Part shown: positions 1-8,923 of the stretch, in pieces
Numbering within the stretch: position 1 is the first letter of the stretch
How the letters are laid out: each line of letters starts with the position of its first letter
Assembly (NCBI GenBank): GCA_965372795.1
Contig: CBDVDR010000004.1
Span: 128,001 to 192,000 of the forward strand
Length of the DNA stretch: 64,000 bases
Direction: 5' to 3'
Source of the DNA: an uncultured bacterium
GTDB taxonomy: Bacteria; Zixibacteria; MSB-5A5; GN15; FEB-12
Program-made: the position numbers and the translations under genes
The notes under the pieces: generated by a model
The model's database searches: none
The model's input: only the letters and a program-made list of their open reading frames with translations
What the model was told of the DNA's origin: nothing

Positions 1-10
1 GTGCGTGCCC
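1..10 (-). promoter_or_regulatory. Partial sigma-54 promoter (-24 element) for a gene beyond the left window edge
   Basis: Minus strand reads AGGGCACGCAC at the edge. GGCACG is the -24 consensus; the -12 element would lie outside the window. Confidence 0.45.
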
Positions 11-38
11 TAATCCACGTCTTTTTTTGAACAGTTTG

Positions 39-51
39 TAAGTAGTTGCTA
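39..51 (-). promoter_or_regulatory. IHF-like site
   Basis: Minus strand TAGCAACTACTTA, one mismatch to WATCAANNNNTTR. It lies between the putative enhancer repeats and the -24 element. Confidence 0.35.
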
Positions 52-138
52 TAAAAGCTTTAATCCTTTAAAAAATATTTAAAAAGAATTTCTGAATAAA
101 TTTGACTGTATATTTACAATTCGCTGTTAATAATTCTA

Positions 139-171
139 TTGCAGATTGCAATGAAATTTGCAGATTGCAAT
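139..171. promoter_or_regulatory. Tandem palindromic repeats TTGCAGATTGCAAT x2 (putative enhancer/UAS)
   Basis: Exact 14-bp direct repeat at 139-152 and 158-171. Each copy is a TTGCA-N3-TGCAA palindrome. Confidence 0.5.
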
Positions 172-192
172 CATCTGATTAAAATTTTAAGC

Positions 193-221
193 AAAAAAAA
201 ACCCGCTCAAAAGCGGGTTTT
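193..221 (-). terminator. Rho-independent terminator of the pilin gene
   Basis: AAAACCCGCT / AGCGGGTTTT stem with a long T-run on the minus strand, just after the pilin stop. Confidence 0.85.
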
Positions 222-237
222 AAATAAGAATATTTCT

Positions 238-672
238 TTAATCGACAACATCATTATTGCCAACAACATTTATCAAAGTACCAGCTTCATTAATGGTCCA
301 GACATCATTAGTTGCGTCATCATCAATATTACCCGTAGCGGTTACGGTAAAGGTATTGGCAGTAGCTACAATAGCATAAGAATATTTTGCATTTGCCGGA
401 ATCTCAATCCAAATTTCTTTGAATGCTAATGGAGCAGCACTTGAGGCTGGTCCGGCAGGAATATAATAGGAGTTTACCATAGATTGCTGGCGGTAAGCCC
501 GTTCATTGACATAAACCTGCTTTAATATCAATTTAGCCTCTGATTGCTTTGTTTTTGTGGTCGACTGCATAAATCTGGGAATTGCCATTGCTGCCAGAAT
601 ACCAATTATCACAACCACAATCATCAACTCTATTAGCGTAAAGCCCTTATCTTTTCTATAAAAATATTTCAT
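238..672 (-). CDS. pilA: Type IV pilin (prepilin N-terminal cleavage/methylation domain), PilA-like
   Basis: KG|FTLIELMIVVVIIGILAAMAIP class III signal. GNIDDDATNDVW C-terminal motif as in deltaproteobacterial-type pilins. Confidence 0.9.
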   Translation of the reverse strand: MKYFYRKDKGFTLIELMIVVVIIGILAAMAIPRFMQSTTKTKQSEAKLILKQVYVNERAYRQQSMVNSYYIPAGPASSAAPLAFKEIWIEIPANAKYSYAIVATANTFTVTATGNIDDDATNDVWTINEAGTLINVVGNNDVVD

Positions 673-712
673 GATTTTCCTTTCTGAAATATTTGCTTAT
701 CCAATATCTATG

Positions 713-728
713 GCAAACTTCGTACCAA
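713..728 (-). promoter_or_regulatory. Sigma-54 (-24/-12) promoter of the pilin gene
   Basis: Minus strand TTGGTACG-AAGT-TTGC versus consensus TGGCACG-N4-TTGC, about 40 bp upstream of the ATG. Confidence 0.8.
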
Positions 729-745
729 TTGACTGTTTTATTCTA

Positions 746-2149
746 CTACTCTTTCTCATCGGTCTTATTTTTATGGGTATTATTCTTTAACAGCAAGCCA
801 GATAGGTTGTATCGTTCAATTTTTCTATATAATGTCGAAGTATCAATTCCCAGAATCTTTGCGGCTTTGGTCTTTTTACCCGATGTTTGAGTCATCACAA
901 AATGAATATAAGCTTTCTCAATTGATTCCAGAGTCGGGTTCTTTGCAGGAGCCTCACTCACAACCGACAATTCTTCCTTATTGGCTAATTTTTCTGGGAA
1001 ATCAGATACTTTAAGGGTATTACCTTTGCAAAGAATAACCGCCCGTTCGATTGTATTTTCAAGTTCACGAACATTTCCAGGCCAGAGATTTTCATTCAGC
1101 ATTTTCAGAGCATCTTTAGAAACATTTTTTACAACAGTATCAATTTTTTTACAATGCCTCTTAACAAAATGTTCGACAAGTAATTCGATATCATCTTTTC
1201 GATCTCGAAGAGTTGGTATATTTATTGGAATAACATTCAATCTATAAAAAAGATCCGCTCTGAATCTCCCGGCTTTGACATCATCCTCTAAATTAGCATT
1301 GGTAGCGGCTATCAACCTGACATCTACTTCAACCGGCTTTGTACCCCCTATCGGAGTAATCATTTTATCTTCTAAAACCCTCAGTAGTTTCACTTGAATT
1401 GTAATTGATGTATTTCCAATTTCATCGAGAAATAAGGTTCCACCATTGGCAACATTGAACAAACCTTCTTTATCTTTTATAGCTCCGGTAAATGAACCTT
1501 TTGTATGTCCGAATAATTCAGATTCAAGAAGATTTTCCGGAAGTGCCCCACAGTTAATAGTAACAAATGGTCCCCCGCTTCGAGGTGAATGATGATGAAT
1601 TGCCCGGGCAATAACATCTTTACCCGTTCCTGATTCTCCCAGAATTAAAACAGTCGAGTCAGTTTCTGCAACTTGACTGGCAAAGTTTTTAAGCTTAACC
1701 ACCGATTCGGACTTGCCTAAAAACTTTTCAAATGAATGATCCTGTTGTAATTGCTGTTTTAAAGTTTTATTTTCGCTCTCGAGTTTTTTATGATTGATTG
1801 ATTTTTCTATGACAAGTTTGATCTCATCAATTTTAAAGGGCTTGGTTATATAATCCCTCGCCCCCTGCTTCATAGCTTCAATAGCCGTATCAACCGAGGC
1901 AAAGGCTGTCATTACAATCATTTCCTGATGTTCTTTGAAAGTTTTGACTTCTTTCAGGACCTCGATCCCGGTCATTCCGGGCATATTTAAATCGGCAATA
2001 ACTAATTCATAATCTTTCTGTTTTAAAAATGATAAACCTTCACTGCCGGAGTTTGCCGTATCTACTTCGTAACCTTCTTTGGTTAACATGATTTCCATAA
2101 AATTGCACATTGAATCTTCATCATCTATAACTAATATTCGAGGAAGCAT
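746..2149 (-). CDS. Sigma-54-dependent response regulator (REC-AAA+-HTH), PilR/NtrC family
   Basis: REC domain; GESGTGKD Walker A; ELFGHTKGSFTGA; LFLDEIG; WPGNVRELEN; C-terminal Fis HTH (LGIDTSTLYRK). Confidence 0.95.
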   Translation of the reverse strand: MLPRILVIDDEDSMCNFMEIMLTKEGYEVDTANSGSEGLSFLKQKDYELVIADLNMPGMTGIEVLKEVKTFKEHQEMIVMTAFASVDTAIEAMKQGARDYITKPFKIDEIKLVIEKSINHKKLESENKTLKQQLQQDHSFEKFLGKSESVVKLKNFASQVAETDSTVLILGESGTGKDVIARAIHHHSPRSGGPFVTINCGALPENLLESELFGHTKGSFTGAIKDKEGLFNVANGGTLFLDEIGNTSITIQVKLLRVLEDKMITPIGGTKPVEVDVRLIAATNANLEDDVKAGRFRADLFYRLNVIPINIPTLRDRKDDIELLVEHFVKRHCKKIDTVVKNVSKDALKMLNENLWPGNVRELENTIERAVILCKGNTLKVSDFPEKLANKEELSVVSEAPAKNPTLESIEKAYIHFVMTQTSGKKTKAAKILGIDTSTLYRKIERYNLSGLLLKNNTHKNKTDEKE

Positions 2150-2336
2150 TTATACTCCATTGCAAAATGCATTACTTTTTTACATGACATTATTTATTTT
2201 TTCGGCAAAGGCTATTCTTGCTAAATAGATTATTGGGATATTGATCATTATTTGAACATCTGATTGACCAAACTGTTTAATAGATATATATTCTTTCTGA
2301 ATCTATTGATTAACAGCCCTATTTATTGGAAGGCTT

Positions 2337-3335
2337 ATGGAAAAATACTCCCATCGTGAACGAATAATGATGATCCTTAATGGAGAGAAACCTGATCGAC
2401 ATGCTGCTTCGATGTGGCGCCATTTTTTCCATATGGAACACAATGTTGATGGTTTAGTCGAGGCGATGCTGTATTTCCAGAAAAGATTTGACTGGGATTT
2501 CATGAAAATTAACCCGCGAGCCGATTTCCATATTGAAGATTGGGGTTTTAAACAGGAATGGTCTCATAATGAATTTAAAAAGCATAAAAAAACATATTTC
2601 CCGGTAAGTAAAGTCGAAGACTGGGAAAAAATCAAACCTTTGTCAATCAACGCCCCGATTTTGGCTGAACATCTTTTAGCGGTATCAAAAATACGTAAAG
2701 GCTCCGATAAAGAACTTCCCCTGCTTATGACAATTTTTACTCCGCTTGCAATTGCCGGAAGATTCGTAGAAGACAATCAGATGCTGGCCGATCATTTACA
2801 CGATCATCCTGAAAAAGTAATTCCGGCTCTTGAAGCTATTACAAAAACATTTAAAGAGTATGTCACCGAACTTCGTAATGCCGGAGCAGATGGAATATTT
2901 TTCGCAACGACTCAATGGGGTTCTTCAAACCTGATTAGTTTTGATGATTATAAAAAATTCGGAATTCCTTATGACCTTGAAGTTATCAATGCTGCCGGTA
3001 CTGATGCTATCAATATTTTCCATATCTGCGACTCCAATAACTTCCTCAATGAACTGGTTGATTATGATTACCAAAGTAAGATGTATAGCTGGGAAAGTGA
3101 TCACCCTACAAATTTACCGATTGACAAATCATTAGGTATTTTAAATAATAAAATAGCTGTTGCGGGAGTAGATGATAAGGGCTGGCTGCTTCACAGCGAC
3201 CCAGTTGAAATTGGTTATCAAATTGATAAATTGAAAGATAGTGCACCTGCGAATAAATTGATTATTGGTCCCGGATGTGCCATACCGCCGGAAATTCCAA
3301 TGGAAAATCTTCAAGCAATCAGGGATAAGTTATGA
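2337..3335 (+). CDS. URO-D/MtaA-CmuA family protein (putative Zn-dependent methyltransferase fold)
   Basis: URO-D-like barrel motifs (TIFTPLA, AGADGIFF, IFHICD, IIGPGCAIP). Lacks the HemE RQAGRY motif. Confidence 0.8.
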   Translation: MEKYSHRERIMMILNGEKPDRHAASMWRHFFHMEHNVDGLVEAMLYFQKRFDWDFMKINPRADFHIEDWGFKQEWSHNEFKKHKKTYFPVSKVEDWEKIKPLSINAPILAEHLLAVSKIRKGSDKELPLLMTIFTPLAIAGRFVEDNQMLADHLHDHPEKVIPALEAITKTFKEYVTELRNAGADGIFFATTQWGSSNLISFDDYKKFGIPYDLEVINAAGTDAINIFHICDSNNFLNELVDYDYQSKMYSWESDHPTNLPIDKSLGILNNKIAVAGVDDKGWLLHSDPVEIGYQIDKLKDSAPANKLIIGPGCAIPPEIPMENLQAIRDKL

Positions 3336-3799
3336 TCGATGATAAACGAAGACAACTAGTAGACAATATTCGAATTGCCCTTACCCAGAATTCCAATCAA
3401 GAGCAAATCTTAAAAACTGCGGTAGAGTTGATTGATGGTTTTTCAGAAGACTTTAATTGGACCGGTGTTTATATGGTTAAAAATAGAGTTTTGGAAGTTG
3501 GTCCATATATTGGACCTAAAACCGAGCATACAAAAATTCAATTTGACAGCGGTATCTGCGGATCAGCAGCAGCACAGAAAAAATCATTAATTGTTGATAA
3601 TGTTTTAGATGACTCAAGATTTCTGGCTTGCTCTTTAACTACTCGTTCAGAAATTGTTGTGCCTCTGATGGATGGTGATAAAGTACTGGGAGAAATTGAT
3701 ATCGACTCAAATCGTTTATCTAATTTTAACAGTGAAGACCAGATAATGCTTGAGCAAATTGCAAATCTTATAGTAAAACGCCTTAAAGAAGTTAAATAA
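3332..3799 (+). CDS. GAF-domain protein, free methionine-(R)-sulfoxide reductase (fRMsr/MsrC)-like
   Basis: NWTGVY, GICG, FLACS, SEIVVP, EIDIDS motifs. Overlaps the upstream stop (ATGA). Confidence 0.8.
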   Translation: MIDDKRRQLVDNIRIALTQNSNQEQILKTAVELIDGFSEDFNWTGVYMVKNRVLEVGPYIGPKTEHTKIQFDSGICGSAAAQKKSLIVDNVLDDSRFLACSLTTRSEIVVPLMDGDKVLGEIDIDSNRLSNFNSEDQIMLEQIANLIVKRLKEVK

Positions 3800-3855
3800 T
3801 TATATTTTTGAAACTGAATAGTATTTTTAAATAAATATTAAATAGGAGTCAGAAT

Positions 3856-4011
3856 ATGTTTGTAGGAACGCTTTTAGTATTTATGGGAGTATTGTTACTT
3901 CTGGACAAACTCGGAATAATCCACGGAAATGCATGGGATTATTTTTGGCCTATCGCCTTAATCGCCCTCGGGGTTTCATTTATAACTGATAAAAAGAAAC
4001 ATCATAAATAG
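3856..4011 (+). CDS. Small two-TM membrane protein (LiaF/LiaI-TM, DUF5668-like), 51 aa; not in the ORF track
   Basis: AGGAG RBS at 3844-3848. Translates as MFVGTLLVFMGVLLLLDKLGIIHGNAWDYFWPIALIALGVSFITDKKKHHK*, with the typical WP-x-x-LI-x-LG pattern. Confidence 0.8.
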   Translation: MFVGTLLVFMGVLLLLDKLGIIHGNAWDYFWPIALIALGVSFITDKKKHHK

Positions 4012-4022
4012 TAAAGCTATTC

Positions 4023-4337
4023 ATGCCGTCAAAATTTTATTTTAATCCGCAGGGTAACGGAGCCGATGTTTTTCTGGGTCCTACAGAATCATTGTTAATG
4101 GAAATCGCCTGGAAGAAAAAGGAGATTTCTGTTAAAAAGGCAATGATATTTCTGGGGGATAACAATAAATTAGCCTACACAACAGTTATGACCGTTCTAA
4201 ACAGACTATATGAGAAAAAACTATTAGAGCGCGAGAGATCCGGCCGTAATTTTATCTATCGACCGGCGATGGATAGAAATTCTTTTTTAAAAAATAAAAT
4301 AGATATCGTGAAAAACAGCTTAAAAAATATTAAGTAG
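4023..4337 (+). CDS. BlaI/MecI/CopY family transcriptional regulator
   Basis: LGPTESLLMEIAW ... LAYTTVMTVLNRLYEKKLLER ... FIYRP winged-helix signature. Confidence 0.9.
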   Translation: MPSKFYFNPQGNGADVFLGPTESLLMEIAWKKKEISVKKAMIFLGDNNKLAYTTVMTVLNRLYEKKLLERERSGRNFIYRPAMDRNSFLKNKIDIVKNSLKNIK

Positions 4338-4345
4338 GAACTTGA

Positions 4346-4762
4346 TTACTGAATTTCTTCTAACTCGATTAAAACAGAATTACAACTTTTAGGATGAATA
4401 AAAGCTATTTTTTTTCCTCCGGCTCCTATTCGGGGAGATTCGTCAATCAGTGTAAATCCTGAATTTTTCAACTCATGAAGCTTCTTTTCTATATCATCAA
4501 CATATATACAAACATGATGAAGACCTTCGCCGTTCTTTTCCAAAAATTTCCTGATCGGACTATCATCAGAAGTTGGGGCAACAAGTTCGATCCTGCCGCT
4601 CTCGGAGTCATGCCGGTCAAAAATCGCTACTTTTACTTTTTGATCAGAGACTTCTTCTATTTCCGGATTATCACAGTCTGTTAATGCTGAGTATTGTAAA
4701 ATAGCTTTTTCAATATCCTCAACTGCTATGCCAATGTGAGATATAAGATTTTTCTTGCTCAA
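4346..4762 (-). CDS. mce: Methylmalonyl-CoA epimerase
   Basis: SHIGIAV, IELVAP, GEGLHHVC, AFIHPKS, VLIELE; sits in the mutase cluster. Confidence 0.92.
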   Translation of the reverse strand: MSKKNLISHIGIAVEDIEKAILQYSALTDCDNPEIEEVSDQKVKVAIFDRHDSESGRIELVAPTSDDSPIRKFLEKNGEGLHHVCIYVDDIEKKLHELKNSGFTLIDESPRIGAGGKKIAFIHPKSCNSVLIELEEIQ

Positions 4763-4778
4763 TCAATTCTCCAGACTA

Positions 4779-5294
4779 TTATTCAGAGGCTTCATCGGCG
4801 GCTTTAACCAATTCGTCAAACTCTAATTGTTTTGCAAGACTCGAAGCGGTCGGTTTTACCCATTGGTCGTTATATTTATAAACTATAAATTGGTCGTGGT
4901 GCTTTGTGATTTTCCCGGTATATCCCTTAAAGACATAATTGATATATGCCAGAGCGGAATCCTCGCCGAATTTTGTTAAACTTTTAAGTTCAAGATGATA
5001 GATGGTGTCCATAACGGCATAAACAATCTGACGCATCTTAAGATAATCGTCAAAAGGTGTTTCATCGCGAAGGTATGGGAATTCAAAATCATATAATCCG
5101 GTTTTATCACCGTATCTCAAACGTGCCAGAGCTTTGCTAAGATCGTATTCAAGTTGTTTTTCATCGGTCAAAACAGGTTTTTTTGTTACCGGTTCATCTG
5201 AAGCTTTTTCATTGCTGGAACACTGTATTAATAGACTTGTCATTAATAATAATATTAACAATAAAAGTAATCTCGTAACTTTAGGCATTTTCAT
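4779..5294 (-). CDS. Hypothetical lipoprotein (start 5294 or 5288, overlapping the mutase stop)
   Basis: Basic N-terminus, Leu-rich stretch, then a lipobox-like LIQ-C-SS. Confidence 0.7.
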   Translation of the reverse strand: MKMPKVTRLLLLLILLLMTSLLIQCSSNEKASDEPVTKKPVLTDEKQLEYDLSKALARLRYGDKTGLYDFEFPYLRDETPFDDYLKMRQIVYAVMDTIYHLELKSLTKFGEDSALAYINYVFKGYTGKITKHHDQFIVYKYNDQWVKPTASSLAKQLEFDELVKAADEASE

Positions 5295-6858
5295 GATATT
5301 CACCCCATTGTTCTCTTAGGATATTTGATATTTCACCAACCGTAGCATAATTTTCAACAGCTTCTATTACAACTTCAACCAAATTATTATCGGAATTTGC
5401 AATCTCTTTTAATTTATTAAGACAGTTTGACACTTTTTCATTGTCTCTTTTATTTCGTAAATTATTAAGCCTTGCAACCTGCATTGTTTCAAGCTCCGGG
5501 TCAACTTTTAAAACATCAGGTATTTCCGAATGATTTGATATAAATTTATTTACTCCGATGACTATCTGATCGTTCGATTCAATTTTTTTCTGATAATCAT
5601 AAGCAGCTTTGCCAATTTCATTTCGGTAATAGCCGCTTTTTATACATTCGACCGAGCCGCCCGACTCTTCGATTTTACTCATCAGTTGCAGGGCTTCTTT
5701 TTCCATTTCATCAGTCAAGTATTCAACATAGTAGGAACCTGCAAAAGGATCGACGGTGCTTGTCAACCCTGATTCATGGGCCAGTACCTGCTGGGTGCGT
5801 AAGGCAATTTCAGCCGACTTTTCAGTTGGTAAAGCTAGGGCTTCATCAAATGAATTAGTGTGCAATGATTGAGTTCCGCCTAAAATAGCAGCCATTGCCT
5901 GAACCGCAGTACGAACAATATTATTTTCCGGCTGCTGAGCTGTTAAAGTTGAACCGCCGGTTTGAGTATGGAACCGCAGCAGCATCGATTTGTTATTTTT
6001 AGCCTTGAACTGTTCTTTAATAATCTTTGCCCAAATTCTACGAGCCGACCGGAATTTGGCTACTTCTTCAAACAGATCATTATGAGAGGCAAAGAAAAAA
6101 GAAAGCCTTGGCGCAAAACTGTCAATATCAAGGCCGATATCCAAAGCTGCTTTAACATAGGCGATAGCGTTTGAAAGAGTAAAGGCTATCTCCTGAACTG
6201 CCGTTGAACCGGCTTCCCGAATATGATAACCTGAAATCGAAATCGTATTGAATTTCGGTAAATTTTTTGAAGCATACTGAAAGATGTCGGTAATAATTCT
6301 CATAGAGGATTCAGGTGGAAAAATATAAGTCCCGCGAGCAATAAACTCTTTGAGAATGTCGTTCTGAATTGTGCCCATCAACTTATCAGCCGAAACACCC
6401 TGCTTTTTTCCAACGGCAATGTAGAGTGCCAACAGAATAACAGCCGTTGAGTTTATTGTCATCGACGTGGAAACTTTATCAAGCGGGATACCATCAAGAA
6501 GCAGTTCCATATCCTCAAGAGAATCAATAGCAACTCCGGTGCGTCCTACTTCACCTTTCGCCAAAGGATGATCAGAGTCGTAGCCTATTTGAGTCGCCAG
6601 ATCAAAGGCAACCGACAGTCCGGTTTGTCCTTTTTCAAGAAGATATTTAAACCGTTGGTTGGTTTCAGCCGCTGTTCCAAATCCGGCATACTGGCGCATG
6701 GTCCAAAGTCGACCGCGATACATATCGGGATACACTCCTCGCGTATAAGGATATTCGCCTGGTTTACCCAGAGCAGAATCATCAACTTTATGCGAATTTT
6801 TATCAACCAGTTTTGGAATCACAATTCCGGAAAGATTTTTTTTCTCTTGTTCAGACAC
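5281..6858 (-). CDS. Methylmalonyl-CoA mutase, substrate-binding (large) subunit
   Basis: [18 protein letters not shown] (Tyr), [14 protein letters not shown] (Arg), [22 protein letters not shown]. No B12-binding domain. Confidence 0.92.
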   Translation of the reverse strand: MSEQEKKNLSGIVIPKLVDKNSHKVDDSALGKPGEYPYTRGVYPDMYRGRLWTMRQYAGFGTAAETNQRFKYLLEKGQTGLSVAFDLATQIGYDSDHPLAKGEVGRTGVAIDSLEDMELLLDGIPLDKVSTSMTINSTAVILLALYIAVGKKQGVSADKLMGTIQNDILKEFIARGTYIFPPESSMRIITDIFQYASKNLPKFNTISISGYHIREAGSTAVQEIAFTLSNAIAYVKAALDIGLDIDSFAPRLSFFFASHNDLFEEVAKFRSARRIWAKIIKEQFKAKNNKSMLLRFHTQTGGSTLTAQQPENNIVRTAVQAMAAILGGTQSLHTNSFDEALALPTEKSAEIALRTQQVLAHESGLTSTVDPFAGSYYVEYLTDEMEKEALQLMSKIEESGGSVECIKSGYYRNEIGKAAYDYQKKIESNDQIVIGVNKFISNHSEIPDVLKVDPELETMQVARLNNLRNKRDNEKVSNCLNKLKEIANSDNNLVEVVIEAVENYATVGEISNILREQWGEYHENA

Positions 6859-7370
6859 TATTCAAACTCCAAAATTTTAGCATCTTTTTCAACCTGATCA
6901 CCAGTCTCTACTAAAATCTTTTTAACAATTCCATCAGCTTTGGCTTTGATGACATTTTCCATTTTCATCGCTTCAATAATTACCAGCGGTTGTTCTTTGA
7001 CTACTTCATCGCCCGGCTTAACTTTAAACTCTATGACCAAACCCGGCATTGGAGATTTAACAATTTTTTCAACTTTCTTATTACTCGACATGCCGGCGGT
7101 TTTACGAAGCTGGGCAAGATTGAAATCTTCAATTTCAGCCGGTATTTCCTGCCCTTTGATAAAGACTGATCGTGATTCATCAAACCCGTTCCCGCGTACA
7201 TCAATTTCGTTGGCTTCACCATTGATCAACAGCAATGAACGTTTGTTCCCAAGTTTGTGAGATATAACATCAAGCTCTTTACCATTTATAACTGCAATAA
7301 ATTTTCCGGATTGAGGTTTTAATTCAACTTCAAAATCATTGCCATTTATTTTAACCAAATATTTAGGCAT
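6858..7370 (-). CDS. Biotin carboxyl carrier protein of acyl-CoA carboxylase
   Basis: SPMPG and EAMKMEN biotinylation motif. Confidence 0.93.
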   Translation of the reverse strand: MPKYLVKINGNDFEVELKPQSGKFIAVINGKELDVISHKLGNKRSLLLINGEANEIDVRGNGFDESRSVFIKGQEIPAEIEDFNLAQLRKTAGMSSNKKVEKIVKSPMPGLVIEFKVKPGDEVVKEQPLVIIEAMKMENVIKAKADGIVKKILVETGDQVEKDAKILEFE

Positions 7371-8905
7371 TATTTGCTCCCGGAAAATTTACGAAGATTA
7401 TCACTGCGGTGAAATTGCTGCCAGTTGCTTTTGACCGAAGCTTCCTGACTCTGATTGCTAAAAGAAATTTTCCGTTCGTTTTCGTATTTTTCTATAGCGA
7501 CTGCAATAGCTGCAAACTCGCTTAATTTTTCATCTAATTGAAAATATTTATTGTCCGGATATTCATCTTCAAGAAATTTTGTCGAGATATCGCCCGATAC
7601 AAATTTTTCATTATCCATCAATACCCGATGAAACCCAATCGTTGTATTGACACCAGACACCCGATATTCCTCAAGGGCTCTTTTGGTGCGATTGATAGCT
7701 TCGGTACGATCTTTTCCCCAGACAACTAACTTCGCAATCAGCGGATCATAATAAACCGATACTTCGTTAAAAATTACAACCCCTGAATCAACCCGCACCC
7801 CCGGACCAGCCGGAAGGCGATAATTTTTTAGTTTACCGGTTGAAGGAATAAATCCCTGTTCAGGATTTTCGGCACAGATTCGGCATTCAATGGCATGACC
7901 GTTGGTTTGAATATCATCCTGAGAAAGAGTCAGCTTCTTACCCTCGGCAATATAAATTTGTTCTTTAACCAAATCAACTCCGGTGACCATCTCGGTAACA
8001 GGATGTTCCACCTGCAGGCGGGTGTTAACTTCAAGGAAGAAAAACTCGCTATCTTCAGTCACCATAAATTCTACTGTTCCGGCTCCTATATAGCCGGTTT
8101 TTTGGGCAATGTTTACTGATGCCGTTCCCATCTGTTCACGAAGTTCCTCGGTCATAAATGGCGAAGGTGTTTCTTCGATAAGTTTTTGATGGCGTCGTTG
8201 AATCGAACATTCTCTTTCACCAAGATGAATACAATTGCCATGGCTGTCGCAGAGGATTTGAAATTCAATATGGCGCGGTTTTTGTAAATAGCGTTCAATA
8301 AAAACCCGACCGTCTCCAAAAGCAGATTGGGCTTCGCTTGAGGCGCGATCCAAAGCGTTTTCAAAATCATCCAGCTTCTCAACAACCCGCATCCCTTTAC
8401 CGCCGCCACCGGCAGTAGCTTTAATCAAAATTGGAAACCCGACTTCCTGAGCACACCTTTTGGCTTCTTCTGAACTTAATCCTTCGATCTCCATTCCCGG
8501 CACCACCGGAAGTTTGGCATCAATTGCGGTTTGTCGCGCCTGAATTTTATCCCCAAGTTTTAAGATCGTTTCAGGTTTGGGTCCGATGAAAATAATATTT
8601 TCATCAGCGCATTTTTGAGCAAATCCTGAATTCTCGGCAAGGAAACCATATCCGGGATGGATAGCATCAGCACCCGAGTTTTTGGCTACCTCAATAATTT
8701 TATCCTGTACCAGATAACTTTCCGATGAAGGTGCATTACCGATATGATAGGCTTCATCCGCCATTCGAACATGATAAGCGGTTTTATCGGCTTCAGAAAA
8801 AACAGCCACCGATTTAATATCCATATCTTTGCAGGCCCGCATAATGCGCACAGCAATTTCGCCTCTATTGGCGACAAGTATTTTTTTAATATTGGTCGTA
8901 TTCAT
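7370..8905 (-). CDS. accC: Biotin carboxylase subunit (propionyl/acyl-CoA carboxylase)
   Basis: ANRGEIA, HPGYGFLAEN, GGGGKGMR, RECSIQRRHQK, EVNTRLQVEH. Confidence 0.93.
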   Translation of the reverse strand: MNTTNIKKILVANRGEIAVRIMRACKDMDIKSVAVFSEADKTAYHVRMADEAYHIGNAPSSESYLVQDKIIEVAKNSGADAIHPGYGFLAENSGFAQKCADENIIFIGPKPETILKLGDKIQARQTAIDAKLPVVPGMEIEGLSSEEAKRCAQEVGFPILIKATAGGGGKGMRVVEKLDDFENALDRASSEAQSAFGDGRVFIERYLQKPRHIEFQILCDSHGNCIHLGERECSIQRRHQKLIEETPSPFMTEELREQMGTASVNIAQKTGYIGAGTVEFMVTEDSEFFFLEVNTRLQVEHPVTEMVTGVDLVKEQIYIAEGKKLTLSQDDIQTNGHAIECRICAENPEQGFIPSTGKLKNYRLPAGPGVRVDSGVVIFNEVSVYYDPLIAKLVVWGKDRTEAINRTKRALEEYRVSGVNTTIGFHRVLMDNEKFVSGDISTKFLEDEYPDNKYFQLDEKLSEFAAIAVAIEKYENERKISFSNQSQEASVKSNWQQFHRSDNLRKFSGSK

Positions 8906-8923
8906 AAATAATAATTTGTTACC

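Noticed and set aside
139..429. ORF 139-429 and the many other short ORFs antisense to or nested in long genes (e.g. 693-890, 8942-9322, 40704-41009, 53712-54089, 62744-63025)
   Set aside because: Shadow ORFs overlapping well-supported genes, with no recognisable motifs or RBS.
238..672. Pilin as an electrically conductive (e-pilin) candidate
   Set aside because: By my count 12 of 134 mature residues are aromatic (about 9%), but positions 27, 32 and 57 are S, K and N rather than aromatic, so the Geobacter-type pattern is not met.
2337..3335. hemE (true uroporphyrinogen decarboxylase)
   Set aside because: Lacks the N-terminal RQAGRY substrate-binding motif, and no hem genes are adjacent.
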